A DNA stretch of 32,000 bases, from contig NZ_CP011304.1 of the NCBI RefSeq assembly GCF_000981785.2, forward strand, positions 600,001-632,000. The letters run 5' to 3'. Below the pieces are notes generated by a model. It ran no database searches. It was given only the letters and a program-made list of their open reading frames with translations, and was not told the DNA's origin. A program made the position numbers and the translations under genes. The stretch's first letter is position 1. Each line of letters begins with the position of its first letter. This document shows, in pieces, positions 1 to 7,357 of the stretch. The DNA comes from Microcystis aeruginosa NIES-2549 (GTDB lineage: Bacteria; Cyanobacteriota; Cyanobacteriia; Cyanobacteriales; Microcystaceae).

Positions 1-1
1 A

Positions 2-382
2 GCCAGAATTCCCTACAAAATAGTCTTTATTTTTTCCTCTACCCTGCGTTTATTTCCTCTCCTAGTAGAAGAATCTCGCTCGATTATTTCTGCTCAAAGA
101 TTACGAGGATTAGCAATAGAAAAAATGGGTTGGTTACAAAAAGGAAAAATTTATGCTTCTATCGCTGTACCTTTAATTTTAAACGCTATGGCTAAATCGC
201 AAAAATTAGAGGTAGTTCTACAGGCTAAGGCTTTCTCTGGTGATCCCGATCGCACATTTTTACAGGAATCAATCTTAACCAATAAAGACTATTTATTAAT
301 TATTGGCTTTCTATTTTTATTGGTTTTGGCAATTATTCTCTATGTAAAATTCGGGGTGGGAAAATTTGCCTGGTTGTTTTAA
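2..382 (+). CDS. C-terminal part of a CbiQ/EcfT-like energy-coupling-factor (cobalt) transporter transmembrane protein, 5' end outside the window
   Basis: The frame of ORF 125..382 stays open back to nt 2 (ARIPYKIVFIFSSTLRLFPLLVEESRSIISAQRLRGL...). This motif context resembles the CbiQ/EcfT conserved loop, and a hydrophobic C-terminal helix follows. Confidence 0.55.
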   Translation, partial: ARIPYKIVFIFSSTLRLFPLLVEESRSIISAQRLRGLAIEKMGWLQKGKIYASIAVPLILNAMAKSQKLEVVLQAKAFSGDPDRTFLQESILTNKDYLLIIGFLFLLVLAIILYVKFGVGKFAWLF

Positions 383-391
383 GATTAATCC

Positions 392-973
392 CTATTGTAT
401 AGCTCGATCGATCTGGGGATATAAAGCTTCTAAATCCCCGGAATTGTCCAAAACAATATCAGCTAAGGCAATTTTTTCGGCTAAAGGCATTTGATTATTA
501 ATCCGAGCGATCGCTTGTTCCCTAGTTAAGTTATTTCTAGTCATTAAGCGTTGAATTTGTTGCTCTAAACCGCAGGAAACCACCCAAATCTCTGTGACTA
601 AATAGGTTAATTTGGCTTCAAATAATAAAGGTATGGAAAAAACAACTATCGGGGCTTCTAACTGCTCTAAATGCCGCTTAAAACATTCTCTAACGTAGGG
701 ATGAATCTGACTTTCTAACCAGATTTTTTCCTCGGGATTATTAAAAATAATCTCTCCTAACTGTTGGCGATTAAGGGAATTATCCTCAGTTTTAACTTTT
801 CTGCCATAACGCACAAAAATTCTCTCTAAAATTGCCGAACCCTTTTCCACTGCTTCCCGGGCATAAATATCCGCATCAAGGACGGGAATTTTGTAGATAT
901 TTTCTAAATAATTGGAAACCGTGGATTTACCACAGGCTATTCCCCCTGTTAACCCGATAATTCTTCTCGACAT
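392..973 (-). CDS. coaE: Dephospho-CoA kinase
   Basis: N-terminal P-loop IGLTGGIACGKST, about 190 aa, and overall CoaE-like sequence. Confidence 0.9.
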   Translation of the reverse strand: MSRRIIGLTGGIACGKSTVSNYLENIYKIPVLDADIYAREAVEKGSAILERIFVRYGRKVKTEDNSLNRQQLGEIIFNNPEEKIWLESQIHPYVRECFKRHLEQLEAPIVVFSIPLLFEAKLTYLVTEIWVVSCGLEQQIQRLMTRNNLTREQAIARINNQMPLAEKIALADIVLDNSGDLEALYPQIDRAIQ

Positions 974-1034
974 AAATTATTAAATTGCTAATCTCAATTA
1001 AGGTGCGTTACGCGCTCGCTAACACACCCTAAAG

Positions 1035-1760
1035 TTATAAACTCTCTATCTGTTGTAAAACTCTTGCTTGTACTTGTTGATAGGCAGTTTCCACATCTCC
1101 TAAATCGCGACGAAAACGATCCTTATCGAGAATACGCGCTTGGGCATCCTCTTGGGTTTTATCCCAGAGACGACAGGTATCGGGGCTAATTTCATCACCT
1201 AGATAAATTTTGCCCGTTTTATCAACTCCAAATTCTAACTTAAAATCGACGAGAATAATCTGGCACTTATCAAAAAATTCCTGTAGATATTGATTGATTT
1301 GCAGGGCTAAATCTCGTAACTGATTGACTTGCTCCTCGCTGGCAATATCGATCACTTTTATGCGATCGGGCGTTAACAAAGGATCGCCCAAAGCATCATC
1401 CTTGAGGTAAAATTCTACGAGAGGAAAAGGTAAAACTTTCCCCTCCTTTAATCCCGTTTGCTTGCACAAACTCCCAGCGGCGATATTTCTGACTACTACT
1501 TCCAAGGGAATGATTTTAATCGCCTTGACGCGCATTTCCCTAGAACTAGGGCGATCAATATAATGGGTAGCTATTCCTAGGGATTCTAACCATTGAAATA
1601 GGGCAGTGGAGACAGTACAGTTAATTTCTCCTTTGCCGACAATTTGCCCACGTTTTTGGGCATTAAAAGCGGTGGCATCGTCTTTGTAATAAGTAAGGAG
1701 AATATCGGGATCATCGGTTTGATAGAGAATTTTGGCCTTGCCTTCATAGAGTTTTTCCAT
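1035..1760 (-). CDS. purC: Phosphoribosylaminoimidazole-succinocarboxamide (SAICAR) synthase
   Basis: MEKLYEGKAKILY...DDATAFN is a classic PurC N-terminus. The ORF-track start at 1778 is a TTG. The ATG at 1760 has GAGG about 9 nt upstream, so the start was trimmed to it. Confidence 0.9.
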   Translation of the reverse strand: MEKLYEGKAKILYQTDDPDILLTYYKDDATAFNAQKRGQIVGKGEINCTVSTALFQWLESLGIATHYIDRPSSREMRVKAIKIIPLEVVVRNIAAGSLCKQTGLKEGKVLPFPLVEFYLKDDALGDPLLTPDRIKVIDIASEEQVNQLRDLALQINQYLQEFFDKCQIILVDFKLEFGVDKTGKIYLGDEISPDTCRLWDKTQEDAQARILDKDRFRRDLGDVETAYQQVQARVLQQIESL

Positions 1761-2096
1761 AGTTATCATCCTCGGCAATTGATAAACGAAAATCGATGGT
1801 TAATCAGATAGCGGCAGCAGCAAATTTTGGCGATCAACCTAGACAAAAAATTTATATCATCGGGGAGATGATTGTTGAAAAAAATAATGTATAATTGCTG
1901 CTTAAAGATAACTGTCAACATTTTGCGACCGAATCTTAACCTATAACCAAAAAGTGTCACGATTTAAGTGTCAATTTTTGGCGAATCAGCAAAGTTTCTA
2001 CTTAAATCCTCAATGATAGCCAACAACTGATATTATCTCCCATTACCATTACCGAAAAATCTAAAGAAATTCCGCAAAATTACCCGCCGTCGCCCT

Positions 2097-2393
2097 ATGA
2101 ATCAGAATCCTCCTAACGATGATAACCCGAATCTCCCCGATCGCCGCAAGGAGAATTTTCTCTATCCTCGCGCCCCCTACTATGGAGAATTTAAGCCAGA
2201 AAACTTGCTATTTAACGCCAATTTACAGGAATTTGCCCAAAAAGTCAGTTTTATTTGTAATCTGGAAACCGGGGGCAAAATCAGTTCTCTAGAAGCCTAC
2301 CAAAAAATTAAAGCCCTCTGGAAAGACTTAAAACAGAGCAAAAAAGGCCTAGGCATTGGGGAAAATCCCTTTAAAAAAGATGATGATACCTAA
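2097..2393 (+). CDS. Small conserved-looking hypothetical protein (98 aa), function unknown
   Basis: Clean ORF in an otherwise empty interval with a hydrophilic sequence. No family recognised. Confidence 0.45.
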   Translation: MNQNPPNDDNPNLPDRRKENFLYPRAPYYGEFKPENLLFNANLQEFAQKVSFICNLETGGKISSLEAYQKIKALWKDLKQSKKGLGIGENPFKKDDDT

Positions 2394-2480
2394 AGGGTAA
2401 TCAATAAAAATCTCCTGGGTTGATCAAAAATACTGGGACAGAAATATTTTCTGTCCCCATAGAATTAGATAAGCAAACGC

Positions 2481-4280
2481 TTAAAAATTACCGTGATTTT
2501 GGATGGCACTTTCTAATTTTGCCACCACTTCCTCGACGCTAATTACTCCTAAATCGCCCGTGGCACGGGTGCGAATACTTAAACTATTACTTTCCATTTC
2601 CTTTGCCCCCACCACTGCCATCACGGGGATTTTTGCGGTTTCAGCATTGCGAATCATTTTACCCAAACGTTCGCCACTGGTATCGGTTTCGGCCCGAATT
2701 CCTAACAATTGCATTTTCGCTGTCACCTCTTTAGCGTAATCCAATTGACTATCACTAACCGGTAATAATCGTATCTGGACAGGGGCTAACCAAAGAGGAA
2801 AATCCCCCGCGTATTCTTCGATTAAAATACCGATTAAACGTTCCAAAGAACCAAAGGGGGCGCGATGAATCATCACCGGACGTTTACGATTACCATCTTC
2901 GGCAACGTATTCTAGTTCAAAACGTTCGGGTAAATTATAATCTACCTGTACCGTTCCTAACTGCCATTCTCTTTCGAGGGCATCTTGGAAAATAAAGTCT
3001 AATTTTGGACCATAAAAAGCCGCTTCTCCAGGAGCCTCAAAATAATCCATCCCCAAAGTTTGCACCGCTTTTCTAATCGCTGATTGTGCCTTTTCCCAAG
3101 CGTCATCGGAACCGATATACTTATCCGATTCGGGGTCACGAAAACTCAATCGCGCCTTAAAATTCTTTAATTGTAAACTCTTAAACACCGTCAAAATTAA
3201 ATCAACAACGCTTAAAAATTCCTTGTCTAATTGTTCGGGAGTGACAAACAAATGGGAATCATCGACGGTAAAACCGCGAACTCTAGTTAATCCTCCCAAT
3301 TCTCCCGATTGTTCGTAACGATAAACTGTCCCGAATTCCGCCAAACGCATCGGCAATTCCCGATAGGATCTCAAATCACTTTTATAGATTTGAATATGAA
3401 AAGGACAGTTCATCGGTTTAAGCACAAATCCTATTTCCTTACTAGCAGATTCCTCATCGTCTGCCATCATGGGAAACATATCTTCTTTGTACTTTTGCCA
3501 GTGACCGGAAATTTTAAACAAATCCACGCGAGCAATATGGGGAGTAACTACGGGTAAATAACCGCGTTTTAACTGTTCTTTTTTCAGAAAATCTTCTAAC
3601 AAAGAACGAATTAAAGTTCCTTTGGGTGTCCATAAAGGCAATCCAGGACCGACAGAATCAGAGAAAATAAATAAACCTAATTCTTTGCCTAATTTCCGAT
3701 GGTCACGTTTTAGTGCTTCTTCCTTGCGGCGCTTGTATTCGGCTAATTGTTGGGGATTTTCCCAAGCTGTGCCGTAAATGCGCTGTAATTGGGCTTTATT
3801 TTCATCCCCGCGCCAATAAGCACCCGCTACCGTCTCTAATTCGATCGCCTTCGGGTCTAGTTCACTTGTATTATCTAGGTGCGGACCGGCGCACAAATCC
3901 CACCAAGCGTCCCCAAGATGATAAAGGGTGATGGGTTCTTGAATTCCCGCCAGAATTTCCAGCTTATAGGCTTCATTAATCGCTTTAATGCGCTTTTCCG
4001 CCTCTTCCCGAGAAACTTGCTCGCGAATCACTGGCAGTTTTTTATTGATAATTTTGACCATCTCTTTTTTGATTTCCTTGAGATCCTTATCGGTAAAAGG
4101 TTCTGGCACATCAAAATCGTAGTAGAATCCAGTTTCAGTCCAAGGCCCGATAGTAACTTGGGCTTTCGGGAATAATTTCTGCACCGCCATGGCCATCACA
4201 TGGGAGGTGGTGTGACGAATGCGCTTGAGGTGGTCGGATTCGCTGGTTTTCGGGAGTTTAATCGGGGCTTGGTTATCCAT
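2481..4280 (-). CDS. thrS: Threonyl-tRNA synthetase (starts at the editing domain, no N-terminal TGS domain)
   Basis: 599 aa with the HTTSHVMA editing-site motif, class II core motifs (FRDPESD..., RAPFGSLER), and a C-terminal anticodon-binding domain. Confidence 0.93.
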   Translation of the reverse strand: MDNQAPIKLPKTSESDHLKRIRHTTSHVMAMAVQKLFPKAQVTIGPWTETGFYYDFDVPEPFTDKDLKEIKKEMVKIINKKLPVIREQVSREEAEKRIKAINEAYKLEILAGIQEPITLYHLGDAWWDLCAGPHLDNTSELDPKAIELETVAGAYWRGDENKAQLQRIYGTAWENPQQLAEYKRRKEEALKRDHRKLGKELGLFIFSDSVGPGLPLWTPKGTLIRSLLEDFLKKEQLKRGYLPVVTPHIARVDLFKISGHWQKYKEDMFPMMADDEESASKEIGFVLKPMNCPFHIQIYKSDLRSYRELPMRLAEFGTVYRYEQSGELGGLTRVRGFTVDDSHLFVTPEQLDKEFLSVVDLILTVFKSLQLKNFKARLSFRDPESDKYIGSDDAWEKAQSAIRKAVQTLGMDYFEAPGEAAFYGPKLDFIFQDALEREWQLGTVQVDYNLPERFELEYVAEDGNRKRPVMIHRAPFGSLERLIGILIEEYAGDFPLWLAPVQIRLLPVSDSQLDYAKEVTAKMQLLGIRAETDTSGERLGKMIRNAETAKIPVMAVVGAKEMESNSLSIRTRATGDLGVISVEEVVAKLESAIQNHGNF

Positions 4281-4414
4281 GTCTTTTGAATTTACACCTT
4301 CTCTATTCTCTATTTTAATGGTAAAAGGAGTCTTTAGTCAGGAAAAAAATCAAGATAGATATCAATGCCATTTACCCTCATCTCTAACCCCTAAACCCTC
4401 ATCTCTATTTCCCG

Positions 4415-5335
4415 ATGAAAAAACTAATTTTATCCTGTTTATTTTTGGGATTGGTTGCTTGTAATCCCTCGGTTAATACCACCGATAACCAAAAACCCAA
4501 GGTAATCTCCACTAGCACAATTATCGCCGATTTAACCGCACGAGTGGGCGGTGAAGAAATTGACCATCAAGACATTTTAAAACCGGGGGATGATCCCCAC
4601 GTTTATGAACCAGTTCCCGCCGATAGTGTCGCTTTAGAAAAAGCCGATTTAATTCTCTATAACGGTTATAATCTCGAACCGGGGTTAATTAAAATGATCA
4701 ATTCTACGGGGATTAAGGCGAAAAAAGTGGCCGTGGGAGAAGCAATCAAGCCTTTACAACTGGCAAAAGAGGGGCAGAAAGTCCCCGATCCCCACGTTTG
4801 GGGTTCGGCGAAAAATGGGATAATCATGGTGGAAAAAATCCGAGATCAATTGATTGAATTAAGTCCCGAAGATAAAGGGATTTTTACTGCAAATGCCGCC
4901 CAATTAATCGCAGAATTAGAAAACCTTGATCGCTGGATTGCTGCGGCTATTGAAACTATCCCCCCTTCCCAAAGACAATTAGTCACCACTCATGACGCTT
5001 TTCAGTATTATGCTCATGCCTATGGTTTAAAAGTAGCGGGAACTTTAATTGGTATTAGTACCGAAGAACAACCTAGCGCCCAAACAGTGAAAAATCTAGC
5101 CGATGCTATTAAAAATCTCCAGGTTGCTGCTATCTTTGCCGAGACCACTATTAATCCCGCTTTAATTACCACGGTAGCGGAAGAAGCGGGGGTGAAATTA
5201 GCACCACAACAATTATATTCTGATTCGATCGGCGCGGTGGGTACTAGGGGGGATAGTTATGTAAAAATGCTGAAAGAAAATACGCGCTCGATCGTAGAAT
5301 CTTTAGGGGGAAAAGTACCTCAAGAAGGTCAATAG
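4415..5335 (+). CDS. Metal ABC transporter substrate-binding lipoprotein, ZnuA/MntC/TroA (cluster A-I) family
   Basis: Lipoprotein signal MKKLILSCLFLGLVAC, plus DPHVYEP and DPHVW metal-ligand motifs and THDAFQYY. There is no long His-rich loop and no adjacent permease or ATPase. Confidence 0.8.
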   Translation: MKKLILSCLFLGLVACNPSVNTTDNQKPKVISTSTIIADLTARVGGEEIDHQDILKPGDDPHVYEPVPADSVALEKADLILYNGYNLEPGLIKMINSTGIKAKKVAVGEAIKPLQLAKEGQKVPDPHVWGSAKNGIIMVEKIRDQLIELSPEDKGIFTANAAQLIAELENLDRWIAAAIETIPPSQRQLVTTHDAFQYYAHAYGLKVAGTLIGISTEEQPSAQTVKNLADAIKNLQVAAIFAETTINPALITTVAEEAGVKLAPQQLYSDSIGAVGTRGDSYVKMLKENTRSIVESLGGKVPQEGQ

Positions 5336-5468
5336 ACCTCTTGTAAAAATCAAAAAATTGTCCTTAGAGTCAGGAGTTAGGAAGGCAGAAATACCGACAA
5401 TCAGCAATTATCGGTGACTTTTAGATGATGACAAATGGATCAGCAGCTGCCTGTAAGCATCCCACCGA

Positions 5469-5548
5469 AAAGCTAATGCGCGGGGGGTTTGGGGGCGGCG
5501 CCACGCCCCCAACGGGGGGTTTGGGGGGTAGAACCCCCCAAAAGCTTG
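5469..5548. repeat. G/C-run palindromic element: two copies of GGGGGGTTTGGGGG plus two short perfect hairpins
   Basis: aaaagct..ggggggtttgggggcg-gcgcca-cgcccccaac-ggggggtttgggggg-tagaa-ccccccaaaagctt. The stems are gggggcg/cgccccc and ttgggggg/ccccccaa. Confidence 0.7.
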
Positions 5549-5637
5549 GATTGAGGGAAAAAATCGAAAGTAACGCCCGACTTTAGCAGAGAGTTTCCCC
5601 TTAAAAATCCCAACTTAGTAGATTTACAAAGCGGGGT

Positions 5638-6729
5638 TTATTTCCCAAATCCTTTACCGCGATTGACAGCAGGTAAACTGAGACAATTGTTAATCTGTTC
5701 TTTTAGGGTTTCATGATCGAGATTTTGACCGATAAGAACTAGCTGATTTTTCGGACTACCTTTCCATTCGTCATCTTCGAGAGTGAAACGTTTACCACTA
5801 AGGTGGAAAATATGACGTTTAGGACTTTCATCAAACCAGAGAATACCCTTAGCGCGGAAAACGCTTTCCGGTAACTGATTATCGAGGAAATATTGGAACT
5901 TCCGAATCGAAAAAGGTTGGTCACTAGCAAAGGAAATAGAAGTAAATCCATCCACCTCTAAATGATTGGAATGGTCGTGATGATCATGATCGTGATCATG
6001 GTCGTGATCATGATCGCAATGGTCGTGATCGTGGTCGTGGTGATCATGGTCGTGGTGTTCTTCTTCTGTGTCGAAATATTTATCCGATTCAAATAGTCCG
6101 ACGCTGAGAATTAAGGGTAAAGGGACTTGACTTTTGCTAGTACGAAGAATTCTCGCTCCTTCCTTCATGTCCCGGATTCTTATTTCTAAAGAATCCACAT
6201 CCCCTTCATCCACTAGATCGGTTTTATTGAGAACAATAATATCACCGTAGGTGATTTGACTTAAGGCCGCTTGCGAGTTGAATAAATCGAGACTGAAATT
6301 GGCACAATCCACCATGGTGACAATGGAATCTAAACGGGTCATTTCGCGTAATTCCGTCCCTAAAAAGGTTAAGGCTACCGGTAAAGGATCGGCTAATCCT
6401 GTGGTTTCTACGACTAAATAATCGATTTTTTCGGGACGTTCGAGAATTTTATAAACCGCTTGAATTAAATCCTCGTTAATCGTGCAGCAAATACAGCCAT
6501 TATTTAATTCTACCATGCTGTCATCACTGCTGATAATCAGTTCGTTATCGATACCGATTTCACCGAATTCATTGACAAGAACAGCAGTTTTTAATCCCTG
6601 TTGATTGCTGAGAATATGATTGAGAAGAGTAGTTTTACCACTACCCAGAAACCCAGTAATAATTGTTACCGGTAGCCCTTTTTTTGGCACTGACATCGTG
6701 TTAATAGCTTGTGATTCGACGGTTTGCAT
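5638..6729 (-). CDS. COG0523-family (CobW/YjiA/ZigA-like) metallochaperone GTPase with a His/Asp-rich insert
   Basis: P-loop GFLGSGKTTLLNHIL, GCICCT (CxCC) motif, NKTD, and an internal HHDHDHHDHDHDHCDHDHDHDHDHDHHDH tract. Confidence 0.9.
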   Translation of the reverse strand: MQTVESQAINTMSVPKKGLPVTIITGFLGSGKTTLLNHILSNQQGLKTAVLVNEFGEIGIDNELIISSDDSMVELNNGCICCTINEDLIQAVYKILERPEKIDYLVVETTGLADPLPVALTFLGTELREMTRLDSIVTMVDCANFSLDLFNSQAALSQITYGDIIVLNKTDLVDEGDVDSLEIRIRDMKEGARILRTSKSQVPLPLILSVGLFESDKYFDTEEEHHDHDHHDHDHDHCDHDHDHDHDHDHHDHSNHLEVDGFTSISFASDQPFSIRKFQYFLDNQLPESVFRAKGILWFDESPKRHIFHLSGKRFTLEDDEWKGSPKNQLVLIGQNLDHETLKEQINNCLSLPAVNRGKGFGK

Positions 6730-6831
6730 AATGATTTGGGGGTGAGTATTCTGTCACTAAAAAGCGATTTGTCGGGATGAGATGGCTAGTTTTTCTTGAT
6801 CAAACAGTCTCCACTCGATCGCCGACTATTT

Positions 6832-7269
6832 TTATTGTAGATATTTTTGGACTACATCCCATCCTGTTAGGGTAACAAAAAGAAAACCAAGAAACAATAA
6901 AAGATTAGTGCCGATGTGGAGAGACCGCGCTAGAGGTGGACGAGTTGTAATGTTCAGGCCGCTAATTGCCGAAACAAAAACCAGAAAAACCACCGATAAA
7001 CCCGCTATCAGGTGGGAAGAGTGGCCTAAACTGCCATAATGACCGATTGTTCCCACTAATCCGATTCCCAGCAGAATTAAGACCAAAGCAACCATGATCA
7101 GGCCGCTGAGGAGATGAAAGGATCTTAACCATTTTGGTCGAGATTGGCCCGCAAGTCGTCGATAACCCATGTTTACCCCCGAAACTGCCAGTAAAAAATA
7201 GGCAAAGAGGGCAAATCCCATCGACCAAGCGGCAATTTTCCATAACCAGAGAAAGGAGGGGAGATTCAT
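6832..7269 (-). CDS. Polytopic membrane protein (4 predicted TM helices), possibly DUF4079-like
   Basis: Hydrophobic helices throughout. The start was trimmed to the internal Met (MNLPSFLWLW...), because the longer ORF would overlap the divergent aminopeptidase ORF. Confidence 0.55.
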   Translation of the reverse strand: MNLPSFLWLWKIAAWSMGFALFAYFLLAVSGVNMGYRRLAGQSRPKWLRSFHLLSGLIMVALVLILLGIGLVGTIGHYGSLGHSSHLIAGLSVVFLVFVSAISGLNITTRPPLARSLHIGTNLLLFLGFLFVTLTGWDVVQKYLQ

Positions 7270-7357
7270 AGGGGTGGGATTATTGTTAGCAAGGAAAGGG
7301 ACGACCGATCGTGTTAATTTAAGTTTACCGGACAAAAATCAGCAAGTTAGGGCTAAT

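Noticed and set aside
1766-1960. 64-aa minus-strand ORF upstream of purC.
   Set aside because: It overlaps the purC start region, has a Cys/Phe/Ile-rich AT-driven composition, and has no ribosome-binding-site context.
4281-4414. Possible Zur box (atcaagatagatatcaat) upstream of the metal-binding protein gene.
   Set aside because: Only about 10 of 18 positions are self-complementary, too weak to call without a position-weight matrix.
2503-4464. Plus-strand ORFs 2503..2739, 3309..3557, 3713..3931, 3879..4175 and 4219..4464, opposite or adjacent to thrS.
   Set aside because: They are antisense to thrS, or read through its promoter region, and have no recognisable features. They are typical shadow ORFs.
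7274-7357. N-terminal extensions of the aminopeptidase ORF (7274) and of the divergent membrane protein ORF (to 7335), which would make the two genes overlap head-to-head.
   Set aside because: Both have plausible internal ATG starts (7358 and 7269) that remove the overlap. The extensions are not similar to the respective families.
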